Notes: a model not told the origin generated them from the sequence alone. DNA of 64,000 nucleotides from Candidatus Bilamarchaeaceae archaeon (GCA_038851325.1 JAWCKZ010000002.1:26902-90901); one strand, 5' to 3'; numbered from the stretch's first letter, positions 8,940 through 19,494 are shown. Numbers and translations are program-made.

Positions 8940-10136
8940 CTATTCCCCAAACAAACTTTTTCTTGTGATTTCACAAACGTCCTGAGGATTTTGGCCAAGC
9001 CGCACAAGAGTAGTATGCCCCCTTATGCCTTTGCTGCTTGGAGTTGTTATTATGAGCCCGAGCATCTCAAGATCATTTAAGTATTCCTTGTACCATCTCA
9101 AGCTTCTTGGTTTCTTTTTTAGTTTTTTGCAGTTACGCTCATACTCCTCATATACCTCTCCAGACATTAAAAAACCATCTCCGATTTCTTCCCTTTCAAG
9201 TCTTGAGTACCGACTTCCGCTTAGCGAAAGAGTTGCGATTGAGTAGAGGACTATCTTGTGCATTTCTGGAAGAGTGCTAACAGTTTCTGCTATTAAGTCA
9301 ATCTCTACTCTTTTTCTTGCTTCATCGACATCCGCGTCGTCTACAGTTTGTTTTCTGTTTTGCTCTGCGATCTCCCCGGCGCGTAGAAGGAGTTTTAAGG
9401 CATAGCGTGCATCCCCGCTTTCTTGCGCGGTTACGGCGGCTGCAAGATTTATGGCAGATTGCTTAACCACGTTTGGCTGGAAGCCTTCCTCAACCCGTTG
9501 CTCAAGTATCTTCTGCAGCTGGTCCGATGTATACGGTGGGAAAACCATCTCCACTTCATGGAGGCTGGATTTACTTCTTGGATCGAGATTTTCTTTAAAA
9601 GAAAGTTTATTCGATATCCCTATTATAGTAGCACCACCACTACCTGCTCCTGTTTCGTCATTGGCGCGTGTAATCGTATAGATAAGTTCATCAAGATCAT
9701 GGATCATGTCTATCTCATCCAGAACAACAATTATCTGGTGCCCATTCCTCATAGTTTCAAGAAGTTTCTCGTAGAGAAACGGAAGGCCAAACCCAGCCTT
9801 CTCAAGCTCGGCGTAGTAACTTTTCATAATCTTTTGTAAAATTCTGTAGCGGGAGTTGTATATCCTACAATTAAGGTAATGCATTCTAGCTTTGCTCTCT
9901 ACGCTTTCGAACTCTTTCATAACTCTTTTTATGGTGCATGTTTTTCCGGTACCCGTTTTTCCGTAAATGACTAGATTTCTTGGCTTGATGCCTTTCAGTG
10001 CTGGTGCTACGAGCGCCATGATCTCCTCGATCTGCTTCTCCCTAAACGGAAGCGTTTGAGGAACATAATGTGGGGATAGCGCAGAGATATTTTTGAATAT
10101 TACACTTGTGCCCATAAACTTTTCAAAAGAAGTCAT
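8940..10136 (-). CDS. cdc6: Orc1/Cdc6 replication initiator
   Basis: LPFREKQI, YGKTGTGKT, VLDEID, GDARYAL, C-terminal wHTH. Confidence 0.95.
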   Translation of the reverse strand: MTSFEKFMGTSVIFKNISALSPHYVPQTLPFREKQIEEIMALVAPALKGIKPRNLVIYGKTGTGKTCTIKRVMKEFESVESKARMHYLNCRIYNSRYRILQKIMKSYYAELEKAGFGLPFLYEKLLETMRNGHQIIVVLDEIDMIHDLDELIYTITRANDETGAGSGGATIIGISNKLSFKENLDPRSKSSLHEVEMVFPPYTSDQLQKILEQRVEEGFQPNVVKQSAINLAAAVTAQESGDARYALKLLLRAGEIAEQNRKQTVDDADVDEARKRVEIDLIAETVSTLPEMHKIVLYSIATLSLSGSRYSRLEREEIGDGFLMSGEVYEEYERNCKKLKKKPRSLRWYKEYLNDLEMLGLIITTPSSKGIRGHTTLVRLGQNPQDVCEITRKSLFGE

Positions 10137-10229
10137 GAAATGCTAATGTTTAGAAGTGTTTAAAAAATAAACATCTCAACCAAATTAAGCCAAACGTTTT
10201 TAATTGTTTTTATTTGTAATATAAAATGT

Positions 10230-11633
10230 ATGTTCAATAATCGGTTTAGTGATAGAGGTAGGTCGCTCTATTATCAATCTTTAGCTCAGGGAAGGTCGCG
10301 TGGCAGCAGTCCAACAAACAATGATAAACCACACATACCAAATATGTCTAAACCACCGCAGGTAGAGGAGCTTCAAGACTCTCAAAAAGAAGTCCCAAAA
10401 GGTGCGAACGGCAAAAGCACAAACCCGCGGCTTAGTTCAAGCAGTGAAGAGGCGAGGAGACTTTTCAACCTCTGGGCACCGATCTATCATTGGTTCATGG
10501 CTTATACTAATCATTATGGTGCTATTGGAGAGATAATAAAGGCGTGCTTTAATAAAGGAGCGACCCCAGATCAAAAAATATTAAGAGGGAGGGGCCTTGA
10601 AATAGGAACAGGAACTGGTTTTGTGATTACCGAACTTGGGTACTGGGCTAAGACCGAAGCACTGCAGAAATTGAACATGGGATTTTTGGATTCGTATGCC
10701 AAAAGAAGAGAGATAGTAAAAAAATCCTTGGAAGACCCAAAAGATTTAAAGGATCCAGAAGTTCATTCGCTGTTGATGGGAATCAAAAAGTTGGTCGAAG
10801 ACGACAGCAAAAACGACTATCTTCAGAAAATTGATCAATTCTGTGAATTTCGAGAGCAGATCGAAAGTGTCAAGCAATTTAATAGTGAGACATGGGCTAA
10901 TTTTTTAAACCCTGAATTCAAATTTAGGAACATATTTATCCATTACCTTCATGATGTTGACCTGCGTATACAGTATGATACCCACCGCTTCATGAGATTG
11001 AAGTATGAAGGCAATCAACCTTTTAAAACAGATAAATTATCAGAAATGCGAAACAAAATGAAAGAGATTGTAGATATGACAGCTATAGACATTAGCCTTC
11101 CGATGCTCGGCGTAGCAAGAAAGAGAGCCGAACCAGTATACGGTGGGCTTGCGGTTGCGAGGTCTATGGACAAAGAAGATATGTTTCAGGAAATGGACGC
11201 TTTGGAACTCGAAACAAAGGCAAAAGAGCGTGGTTGGGTTGATGAGAGCGGCGAGGGCATTTTCGATTTTTGTGTGATGAGTCAAGTTGTCCGGTTTTTC
11301 TCTTTTGATGAATTAGAAAAGCTGACTCGAGGGATTGCCACTGTGCTAAAAAGAGATGGAAAACTTCTGTTAATAGATGAAAAAAATCTTGCATACAGTG
11401 GCGAGTTATTAACAACATCCGATCCAGAGGTAAAAGATGTTCTGGAAGAGATAGAAAGGCTATACTGGAAGTTAATTGGCACCAGAGGACCTAAGGAGAT
11501 GAGGACTATATTCAACTTCATCGGGCGTTATGGTGATCTGGAATATACGAACATACGCTTTTCATGCGAGGTAGATAGAAATAATAAAGAGCATATAATG
11601 TATGGTTATGTTTTCCAAAAAATGCAACGCTGA
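10230..11633 (+). CDS. Class I SAM-dependent methyltransferase-like protein with N-terminal extension and large insertion
   Basis: LEIGTGTG, AIDISLPML..AR, MDALEL, FDFCV, LKRDGKLLLID. Confidence 0.7.
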   Translation: MFNNRFSDRGRSLYYQSLAQGRSRGSSPTNNDKPHIPNMSKPPQVEELQDSQKEVPKGANGKSTNPRLSSSSEEARRLFNLWAPIYHWFMAYTNHYGAIGEIIKACFNKGATPDQKILRGRGLEIGTGTGFVITELGYWAKTEALQKLNMGFLDSYAKRREIVKKSLEDPKDLKDPEVHSLLMGIKKLVEDDSKNDYLQKIDQFCEFREQIESVKQFNSETWANFLNPEFKFRNIFIHYLHDVDLRIQYDTHRFMRLKYEGNQPFKTDKLSEMRNKMKEIVDMTAIDISLPMLGVARKRAEPVYGGLAVARSMDKEDMFQEMDALELETKAKERGWVDESGEGIFDFCVMSQVVRFFSFDELEKLTRGIATVLKRDGKLLLIDEKNLAYSGELLTTSDPEVKDVLEEIERLYWKLIGTRGPKEMRTIFNFIGRYGDLEYTNIRFSCEVDRNNKEHIMYGYVFQKMQR

Positions 11634-11646
11634 TTTGGTGTTTACT

Positions 11647-12108
11647 TTATATAAATGGGTTGTATTCATCTATATCCTTGTACTTTTCAAGCACAAGATA
11701 TGTTGTCGTCCTAAGGACACCAGGGGTTTTTTGTATTTCGCTGATCACGTGGGTTAGCTCGTCCATGTTTTTCACTTGAATTATAGCCACCGCATCGTAT
11801 GTTCCCGCAATCCCATAAAGCGTCACTACTTGGGGGAGCCTTGTGATTCTCTCAAAATCTTTTTTTGTCGTTATTTTTATTCCTTTTGTACGAAGCATCA
11901 CCACCGCACAGAATTCTAAACCTAGTTTCTTGTAATCTGCTTCTATGGAGTATTTTTTTATTATCTGATTTTTCTCTAATTTCTTTACACGCTGAATAAG
12001 TGTGTTTGGGTGGGTTCTAAGTCTTTTAGCGATTTCCTTGTACGAGAGTCTGGAGTTCTCTTTCAGTTCCTTCAAAATTTGTATATCTAATTTGTCTACT
12101 TTTAACAT
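11647..12108 (-). CDS. Lrp/AsnC family transcriptional regulator
   Basis: DKLDIQILKELKENSRLSYKEIAKRL HTH; GTYD RAM domain. Confidence 0.92.
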   Translation of the reverse strand: MLKVDKLDIQILKELKENSRLSYKEIAKRLRTHPNTLIQRVKKLEKNQIIKKYSIEADYKKLGLEFCAVVMLRTKGIKITTKKDFERITRLPQVVTLYGIAGTYDAVAIIQVKNMDELTHVISEIQKTPGVLRTTTYLVLEKYKDIDEYNPFI

Positions 12109-12170
12109 TGATACCCCATTGATCTATTTAAGCCGCAGGTTTTTTAAACAATGCATAACAATTACTCTTC

Positions 12171-12824
12171 ATGAGAGCGTTCGTTTTTTCGCTGGATGCA
12201 TTCGTTGGGTTTATTTTGGCGCTTATAGCAATTTACTCATTGATATTCTTTTCGAGCGTTCCCTCAGCTTACTACTACCTGCTCACGCAAGCACACTATC
12301 TCTCGCGCGATACTCTGTTTGCCCTTTCAACTGCGAACTGCTACACCGTCACATCTGGGATGTGCACGGGTTCGGTCCTAGATTACATCCTTTCAAAAGA
12401 GCTTTCGACAAGGGACGCGGTTAGAAAAAGTGTGATAAGCGATACTGTGGGGAAGATAGTTCCAACTCAATTCGGGTATACGTTTGAGGTAAGCTCTGAT
12501 GGGGGGAGGAGTTGGACAACATATTATGACACCCGTAGTCCTACTTTGAGGATAGGTGGCGATGGGCATGCTAAAGAGATGAAAAAACTTAAGGTTGCAA
12601 CAGAGCTGGTTAATTTTGGTTACAAAGCACCGGCTCAGAAGGCAATAGCATCTCCGTATAAGTACTTAACCTGTAATGGCAAAGGTATAGAAGAGAAGAG
12701 TGAGGGCATAGTGATAACATGTGGTGATTACAACCTCCACAACCCTGCAGAGGGGGTGGAAGGTAGTGATAGCGTTATACCGACACCAGAGGTAAAGATA
12801 GTGCGATTGACCATTTTTATATAA
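12171..12824 (+). CDS. Pilin-like protein, class III signal peptide
   Basis: MRA/FVFSLDA followed by hydrophobic helix. Confidence 0.65.
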   Translation: MRAFVFSLDAFVGFILALIAIYSLIFFSSVPSAYYYLLTQAHYLSRDTLFALSTANCYTVTSGMCTGSVLDYILSKELSTRDAVRKSVISDTVGKIVPTQFGYTFEVSSDGGRSWTTYYDTRSPTLRIGGDGHAKEMKKLKVATELVNFGYKAPAQKAIASPYKYLTCNGKGIEEKSEGIVITCGDYNLHNPAEGVEGSDSVIPTPEVKIVRLTIFI

Positions 12825-12833
12825 GGTGGTAGT

Positions 12834-14375
12834 TTGAAATCGAATGACAAGAAAGGTTTTTTGTTTGTTGTCTCAGTTTTTCTTATCTTAATGTACATTC
12901 TTATCTCGATAAGCGTATGGGTTAAGGGCCTGGAAGCGTCAGAGAGAACGTATTCAGAGCTCTATAGAGAATCTAATATAGAGCTTGCAGTTTCCCAGCT
13001 CACACCAGATAAACTCGATGAAATAACGAATAAAATCATGAGCAGAGCACTTTCAAAGATAGGAGACTTTTCGATATCTAACCCGCTAAAGCCAGGGGAT
13101 GAGGGAAGGGATGAGGAATACTACATTAGGCAAGCGGTATACGAATATTTTATAAACGGCTCCCCTTCACTAGCAAATTTTGAATATAACGAAGAATTCC
13201 CAGCAGAGCCACAAGCATCATTCACTGCGTGGGTAGAATCTCTTAACGCCTCTCTTGCTGGGGTAGGTGTCTACGTTTCAGAGGCAGAGGTCTCTGACTT
13301 TAAATTCAATCAAACAAGCATAAGAGATATAAATTACTCATTTAAGATACGCCTTGCCATTCGGGACGCAGCAGGCACTACCTCTCTTCGAAGGGAATAT
13401 AACATATCTAATGGTATTGATATAACCGGATTTGTTGACCCTGCGATAGCGAGGGAAACTAGAACGGATCAAACAATCTATAGAAGATTCTTCTTTCATG
13501 ACGATTACGAGACACCGCCAGACGTTGCACCGCGCAGGCTCGGTAATGTTAGAGAGGGACAAGGATGGTTTTATGGCTATCTTGTGGATGCAGCCGATGC
13601 TGCGTCTGTGCCGCACGATAAGAGATACTCTTACATTCTTGTAGGGGATTATTCTGAGATAATCCGTGTGGTAGGCTATGAGGAGTTTGGTGCTTACATT
13701 TTGACAAACGAGCCGCGTATCACAGAAACAACCTGTCGGGATGGAAGTAAAAGAGAAGAGGAGGATGAAACGTTTAATCCTATCTCCTATGATGAAACAA
13801 CATGCGTTCCGGAGCTGAGGTGGGACACCCGCTCGCCATTTGTTGTTTCACCTGGGTTTTCGAAAAACGATGGGGCAAATTGTCCAAATTTTATTAATGC
13901 AACAAGAGGGGATGTAAAGTGCGCGCTCATAATCGCGCATTCCTCTTATGACGAGATAAGCGCAAATCCACTGCTTAAACTTAGAAGCGAAGACACAGGA
14001 ATATTCGATATAGAAAAATTGCGTGATTATACGATGTGCGGCTATTACATTCATAATCCTAAGTCGCCATCATATTTACAAAGATTTTTTAAAGACGCTT
14101 ATTCGAGAAACAGTAGTGAGTTCGGAATAGAAACATTCTTGATTGGAGAGTATCTCAAGGAGACGAGGTGGTTCGATACTTTCAGTGCTCTTGATAGAGA
14201 GATGTTCAACGAAACAAGATACGACCAACATATTCGTGGGATGCCAGGATGTAGAAACGTAGGGTGGTGCAGTGATGATCCTTCAACAGGCAGGTTTGGA
14301 CTCACTGTTGACGGAATAAATGACTATTCTCTTGATGAAATAGATTGCGGTGAGGGCGCGAGGTGTGAGGAATGA
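12834..14375 (+). CDS. Large pilin-like / surface protein, class III signal peptide, Cys-rich C-terminus
   Basis: KKG/FLFVV then hydrophobic helix; GGTGG RBS before TTG. Confidence 0.6.
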   Translation: MKSNDKKGFLFVVSVFLILMYILISISVWVKGLEASERTYSELYRESNIELAVSQLTPDKLDEITNKIMSRALSKIGDFSISNPLKPGDEGRDEEYYIRQAVYEYFINGSPSLANFEYNEEFPAEPQASFTAWVESLNASLAGVGVYVSEAEVSDFKFNQTSIRDINYSFKIRLAIRDAAGTTSLRREYNISNGIDITGFVDPAIARETRTDQTIYRRFFFHDDYETPPDVAPRRLGNVREGQGWFYGYLVDAADAASVPHDKRYSYILVGDYSEIIRVVGYEEFGAYILTNEPRITETTCRDGSKREEEDETFNPISYDETTCVPELRWDTRSPFVVSPGFSKNDGANCPNFINATRGDVKCALIIAHSSYDEISANPLLKLRSEDTGIFDIEKLRDYTMCGYYIHNPKSPSYLQRFFKDAYSRNSSEFGIETFLIGEYLKETRWFDTFSALDREMFNETRYDQHIRGMPGCRNVGWCSDDPSTGRFGLTVDGINDYSLDEIDCGEGARCEE

Positions 14376-14794
14376 GAGGACAGGCGGCAGTAGAGTTGCT
14401 CATAACTATCGGAATAATACTAGCTTTTACCATCCCTGTGGTGCTCCTTCTTTTGTCCGTGAGCCAGATGGGTTATGAGGAAACAACCTTGGCACAGGCA
14501 GATGCGGCTGCCCGGACGCTTGCTGAGACTATCAATTTCGTTTACTCTCAGGGCGAGGGCGCGAAGCGCGTAATTCTTTTGAACACCCCGCCATCCACGC
14601 AGGAAGTTATTATCCGCCATGGAGAAGTCGTTGTTAGAATAAGGACAAGTAAAGGAATTTATGAGGGGACAGCGCCACTCTTTGCAGAAGTAAAGGAAAC
14701 AGAGTTAGAGCAGTCGGGAATGTTTCTTGCGACAGTCGAAAGTGTGAGGGATAGAACAGGAAAGGTGATAGTAGAGGTCGCAGGTGTAGGCTAA
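14372..14794 (+). CDS. Type IV pilin-like protein
   Basis: MRG/QAAVE class III signal. Confidence 0.8.
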   Translation: MRGQAAVELLITIGIILAFTIPVVLLLLSVSQMGYEETTLAQADAAARTLAETINFVYSQGEGAKRVILLNTPPSTQEVIIRHGEVVVRIRTSKGIYEGTAPLFAEVKETELEQSGMFLATVESVRDRTGKVIVEVAGVG

Positions 14795-15243
14795 TGAAAC
14801 GAGGGCAAGCAGCAACAGAATTTTTCCTTTACCTCACGGTTTTTTTATTTGTTGTGATAGTTGCGTTCGTGACGGTAAATTATATGCAATCCACAGAGAT
14901 ACCAATACAAAAAAACAAAGTCGCGAAAGAGACGGGCGCGGCCTTTGCAGATGTTTTGTCACTTGCGGTTCGTGCAGGTCCTGGTTTTACTTATAAATAC
15001 TACTTTCCAAGGACGATTTTTGGTAGCCCATATATAATGAAATTTTTTGCCGACCACATGACAATGGAATGGAAGAGCGAGTATGGCTCCTTTGACTATT
15101 ACTATTCGATTCCACCGTACAGCTATCAATACGGAAGCTGCTTGGAGGGCGGGGTCCTGCTTAGCAACACCACGTGCGGTAATGCTTTTGTTTTGAACCA
15201 CACAACTGAAGGCGTTTTAATTATTTCGGTGGAAAGATGGTAA
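14794..15243 (+). CDS. Type IV pilin-like protein
   Basis: KRG/QAATEF class III signal. Confidence 0.8.
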   Translation: MKRGQAATEFFLYLTVFLFVVIVAFVTVNYMQSTEIPIQKNKVAKETGAAFADVLSLAVRAGPGFTYKYYFPRTIFGSPYIMKFFADHMTMEWKSEYGSFDYYYSIPPYSYQYGSCLEGGVLLSNTTCGNAFVLNHTTEGVLIISVERW

Positions 15244-15728
15244 GTATGAAAGGTCAATATTTCAGTTTTGATGCAATAATCGCGTCCGTTATTTTTCTTC
15301 TAGCCATATTTATGCTTTTTGGTTATTGGCATTCAGTAAAGACGTTTCTTGAGTATCAATCAGGGCAAGTCTCACGAGAAGCGATGCGAGTTTCATCCGT
15401 TCTGTTCATGCCCGGTTTTCCACAAGGCGCAGACTGCACAAGAATGACAACCTTTGGGCTTGCAACTTCATGGGAGGATAAAAGGATACGTGAATCGACA
15501 TTACGGTGTGTAAAGAGCGCAGTGGACGCTGATAGCACATGGTTCCAGCAAAAATTAGGCAGTCCTTATAATATCACCATCAAGGTTATCTACGATAATA
15601 AGGAAATGATGATCGGAGGAGAGCCAAGCGGTTCGGAGATCGTTAAAATACGTCGAGCAGGTACTGTTGTTGTTGAAGACCGCGCTGCAGATTCGATTGG
15701 AATCTTCGATATATACCTTTACAGGTAG
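15237..15728 (+). CDS. Type IV pilin-like protein
   Basis: MKG/QYFSFDA class III signal. Confidence 0.75.
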   Translation: MVSMKGQYFSFDAIIASVIFLLAIFMLFGYWHSVKTFLEYQSGQVSREAMRVSSVLFMPGFPQGADCTRMTTFGLATSWEDKRIRESTLRCVKSAVDADSTWFQQKLGSPYNITIKVIYDNKEMMIGGEPSGSEIVKIRRAGTVVVEDRAADSIGIFDIYLYR

Positions 15729-15743
15729 TTTACAACTTAATTC

Positions 15744-16676
15744 TTATTTTGCATAATCTAATATATCCGCTAGCACATAAAACAAAGAGATGGCCATGAC
15801 CGCTGCTGCGATGCCAAGATACCATGGGAGGAAGCCGCCGCCGCCGATGATGAATATCAGTGGCCAGTACAGAAACAGATATTGCGCAACCCAGAGCGAA
15901 AGTGCATTCCTGCCCAGCACAGAGAGCATGCGGCTGGTCTTATGCTTTATTTCAACAATGAAATACACATCTGCAGCCAGAACAAAAGAGAAACCAGCTG
16001 CAAACAAAGTGTATGTCGGGCTGACAGCAAGCCTGTTGAACGGAGCCACGAAGCTGGCAAAGGTTGCAAGAGCAAGCAGAAGCACTCCAAAGCCTGCAAT
16101 CTCAATCAACTGTTTTTTCTTACTGCCATATAGCCATTCCGCTGCGACCGTGCCGAATACCGCCACCGTGCCATAGGAAAGCGCGCCGGCAAGTCCTCCA
16201 TGACGTGAGGAAAGGATAAAATCAGAGAAGCCAGGCATATAAAGCATGAGAGCCGAGTAGCAGAGCAGAATTGCAAATGCAACAGCCATCCTGGGCATCG
16301 GTTGCAGATCAATAAGCGCATAAGAAAGCAAAAGGCCGACAGCAAGGGATTGAAGGAATCCCCATCGCAGGGAGGAAAATCCTACAAGACTCGAATCTAG
16401 GAAAAAACCAAGCAACAGAAGAAGGGCGGCACGCTTGAGAACATGCATTGCTATATCTTTTTCTCCTTCTTTTTTCTTTCTTCTTGCAACTGAGGCAACC
16501 AACGACATGCCGAGAACGAACTGGAACAGGGGGGCTATAAGGTCACCAGGAAGCATCGTAGCCAGATTATGCTGAAGCGGCAAGGGCAGGTCATACGATA
16601 GATTCGTCATGAAATTTACAAATAGCATTGACAGGACTGCAATGCCGCGAAGCACATCCAGCGAAGGAATCCGCAT
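15744..16676 (-). CDS. Membrane acyltransferase-like protein (HGSNAT/DUF5009-like)
   Basis: RIPSLDVLRG, DLIAPLFQFVLGMS, SPTYTL, LGRNAL; multi-TM. Confidence 0.8.
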   Translation of the reverse strand: MRIPSLDVLRGIAVLSMLFVNFMTNLSYDLPLPLQHNLATMLPGDLIAPLFQFVLGMSLVASVARRKKKEGEKDIAMHVLKRAALLLLLGFFLDSSLVGFSSLRWGFLQSLAVGLLLSYALIDLQPMPRMAVAFAILLCYSALMLYMPGFSDFILSSRHGGLAGALSYGTVAVFGTVAAEWLYGSKKKQLIEIAGFGVLLLALATFASFVAPFNRLAVSPTYTLFAAGFSFVLAADVYFIVEIKHKTSRMLSVLGRNALSLWVAQYLFLYWPLIFIIGGGGFLPWYLGIAAAVMAISLFYVLADILDYAK

Positions 16677-16685
16677 AAGAATCGG

Positions 16686-17141
16686 CTATTTCACTCTTTC
16701 GATTCTTATTTTTCCAGTTCCCCCTTCATAAACGCTTGTTATCTTAAATCTCGCCCAACCATAGGATGGGGCCCTTGCAAGTTCTGCATCTGCAGTAAGA
16801 GGATATTTTACAACCTCTACAAGCTCGCTTTCACCCTGGTCTGTCTGTATCCTTAATTGAATCTCAGATCCTCTTGAACCAACATTACGCGCCGTAAGAA
16901 GCATAGTATTTTTTGGGATGTAGATATCCGTATAAACAGTTGTATCTGTGCCTAGACTTCCGACTGAGTTAGCGAGATACGCTAACCTAAAAACAACGAG
17001 CTGCGCCTGGTAAGCAGCCATCTCGTTTTGCGCCTCACCTGCTTTCATATAAACCATGGCAAGCAACGGTATGAAAACAACGAGCACAAGTCCTACGATG
17101 ACTAGTAATTCTGTGCTAATCTGCCCTCTCATATCACTCAC
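16686..17141 (-). CDS. Type IV pilin-like protein
   Basis: MRG/QISTE class III signal. Confidence 0.8.
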   Translation of the reverse strand: MSDMRGQISTELLVIVGLVLVVFIPLLAMVYMKAGEAQNEMAAYQAQLVVFRLAYLANSVGSLGTDTTVYTDIYIPKNTMLLTARNVGSRGSEIQLRIQTDQGESELVEVVKYPLTADAELARAPSYGWARFKITSVYEGGTGKIRIERVK

Positions 17142-18264
17142 CCTCTGCTCTATATTCTATGATACCTTTTCTTTTTATACTTTTTCTACTTTTCTCCCTA
17201 CCTTTCTTTCTGCTCAGGATTTTTTTAAGTTCCGAAACCGCCTCGTTTACGGTATCCTCGATAGAAGGTCCTTCGGAGGCCACCACAAACCGTTCATCGC
17301 CGTTTACATGTATCTTTACGGAAAAGAAAGATTTTATTCTTTTTACGTGCACTGCCACGCCCAGTATCCCAAAGGATTTCGCAAATTTCGTTGCTACTTC
17401 TGCAACCTCCTTTTTGATGTAGTTATAATGTATTCTTGTATCGTCATCCAGTCCGCTTATTTCAATTGGAATCTCTTCCTTTGCTTCCTCCTTTATCCAT
17501 CTAAATATATCGATCGCGGATATCACTCCGACTGGCTTTTTGTTTGCCAGAATCACGACGTGAGAAACTTCTTTCTCTATCATCTTCTGAGCGGCCTCGT
17601 CCACACTGGATTTTTCGTCCACAGTTACAATGTCAGGCCTATAAAACAACATCACTTGTCGGTCATCAATTGATGTTCTTTCGGGTAGGACTACCGGCAT
17701 CTTTTCCTTTTTTGTTGGTTTTAGCGCAACTCCTGCAAGATCAAGCGTTGAGAAGACCCCAACAGGCACACCATTTCTCGTTACGATAAGCCGTTTTGTC
17801 CCGTACTCTTTCATTCTCCTTTTCGCTTCCCCAACGCGTTCTCGTTCTTCTATCGTGTAGACAGGGCTCTTCATTATATTTGTGACAGATAACTTAGGAA
17901 GAATGCCAAGCGACTTAAGTTCCTTTAGCACCTCCACACGTGTTATGACCCCAAGCGGCTTTTCCTTCTCATCCACAACAGGCAATGCCTTGAATCGACC
18001 TAGAAGAAAAGCATCTGCTCTTTCCCAGATGCTGCTTTCCGGACTGATTACTGGTGGTTTGACAACAACTGTTTCACATTTCACCTTTAGAGGGTTGTCA
18101 CCAACCAATCTCACGCTTCGGTCATCTATTATACCGTAATACCTCCCTGATTTCGTTATTATGACTGCTGTTCCAGTATCCATAATCCCACCGAGCGCCT
18201 TGGAAAGCGGCTCGCTGCTATCCAAAACAAGCGTCTCCTTTATCTCCATCTTCTCACCAGCCAA
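17134..18264 (-). CDS. Four CBS domains fused to a C-terminal HPF/RaiA-like domain (probable ribosome hibernation factor)
   Basis: Four CBS repeats (LPVVD..KPLGVIT etc.); C-terminal IEISGL...VKIHV...ASEG.SIEDTVNEAVSELKKIL pattern. Confidence 0.7.
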   Translation of the reverse strand: MAGEKMEIKETLVLDSSEPLSKALGGIMDTGTAVIITKSGRYYGIIDDRSVRLVGDNPLKVKCETVVVKPPVISPESSIWERADAFLLGRFKALPVVDEKEKPLGVITRVEVLKELKSLGILPKLSVTNIMKSPVYTIEERERVGEAKRRMKEYGTKRLIVTRNGVPVGVFSTLDLAGVALKPTKKEKMPVVLPERTSIDDRQVMLFYRPDIVTVDEKSSVDEAAQKMIEKEVSHVVILANKKPVGVISAIDIFRWIKEEAKEEIPIEISGLDDDTRIHYNYIKKEVAEVATKFAKSFGILGVAVHVKRIKSFFSVKIHVNGDERFVVASEGPSIEDTVNEAVSELKKILSRKKGREKSRKSIKRKGIIEYRAEGE

Positions 18265-18332
18265 CTATCCAACTGAGTAGCAATTCCATAATCCATAAGA
18301 TATATAAAATAATTAGATTATTAAAGAGAAGC

Positions 18333-19121
18333 ATGGCGACCGCAGGCATGGCGTATATAGAGAAGATAGTAGTTAAACCCACATGGAAGCAGATACTTCT
18401 TGAGCTGATAGAGCAAAATAAGATAGACCCGTGGGATATCGACATTGTGCAGATTGCAGACGAGTTCATGGCGCGGGTAAAACAGATGCGCGCGCTTGAT
18501 CTCAGTATTCACGCTAATGTTATACTCGCAGCTGCCATACTTTTGAAATTCAAGAGTGATTATTTAAGATACTTTACCTGCCCTCCGGTTGAGCAACCAG
18601 TATCTGTTGTCGAGGATGTTCAAGAACCTTTTGAGCTTCCGCATCTTTCGCTTGTAAGCCGCATTCCTCCAAAGAGGCCAGTAACACTTGAGGAACTAAT
18701 AGCAGAGATGGAGCGTGTACTTAAATACGAATCGGCAGAAATAAAACGAATCCCTCGTGGTTCCATAACTGAAATAATCGATTTAAATGTTGAAGGGGAG
18801 GATATAGAGAAAAGAATGGCTGATGTTCTGGCGCGAGTAAGAAAAAATGTAGACGAGACTGGATTTGCAACATTTTCAAGTATATTGCATGAAAAAACGA
18901 ATGTAGAGATTATCTACACTCTTCTATCCATTCTTCATCTCGCTCAAAATAACATTATCGACATCTACCAAGAGAAGCTCTTTGGGGAGATACTGCTCTC
19001 CATCATCGATAGCAGCGCAAGCGTCACCGAGAAGGATAAAAAGGGAACGGAATCCGCAACGCTCAACCCAATAAAGAAAGAGAAACAAAAAATTAAGGCA
19101 GTAGTTGGTGGAAAACTATAG
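18333..19121 (+). CDS. scpA: Segregation and condensation protein ScpA (kleisin)
   Basis: IDPWDIDIVQIADEF, AAILLKFKS, LSILHL...QEKLFGEI. Confidence 0.9.
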   Translation: MATAGMAYIEKIVVKPTWKQILLELIEQNKIDPWDIDIVQIADEFMARVKQMRALDLSIHANVILAAAILLKFKSDYLRYFTCPPVEQPVSVVEDVQEPFELPHLSLVSRIPPKRPVTLEELIAEMERVLKYESAEIKRIPRGSITEIIDLNVEGEDIEKRMADVLARVRKNVDETGFATFSSILHEKTNVEIIYTLLSILHLAQNNIIDIYQEKLFGEILLSIIDSSASVTEKDKKGTESATLNPIKKEKQKIKAVVGGKL

Positions 19122-19125
19122 CAAG

Positions 19126-19494
19126 TTAGCTTGTAAGTCCGGCAGCCTTCTTTTTTGATTTTACAATCTTCACATTGGCAGGTGTAAGAAGTACCATTTC
19201 CGGGGTTAGGAGTGCAATATCGCCATTCGTCTTTGTCGTGTAATTCTTGAGTTTTGCTATTATAGATTTCAGTCTGTTTGGCTGCTTTGACAGGGGCGTG
19301 ACATTCATTATTATTATATTCTTTTCGCTCAGTTCCTTCACAACCAGATCGCTGTCACCCTCGTTTCTCAAATCAACCCTTTTAACATAAAAATCAGCCG
19401 GCGGATTAACTACATCGCCTTCTGCTGTCAAAAGCTCAGCCAAGTCTGGCACCTCTGTCTTTTCCTTTCCAAAAATTTTGTCAAAAAATCCCAT
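19126..19494 (-). CDS. sepF: Cell division protein SepF
   Basis: N-terminal amphipathic MGFFDKIFG; NIIIMNV, GDIA...LLTP.NVKI. Confidence 0.85.
   Translation of the reverse strand: MGFFDKIFGKEKTEVPDLAELLTAEGDVVNPPADFYVKRVDLRNEGDSDLVVKELSEKNIIIMNVTPLSKQPNRLKSIIAKLKNYTTKTNGDIALLTPEMVLLTPANVKIVKSKKKAAGLTS

Noticed and set aside
10137..10229. Replication origin beside cdc6
   Set aside because: Only 93 bp, explained by two divergent TATA boxes; no ORB-like TTCCA..GGAA/G-string repeats seen
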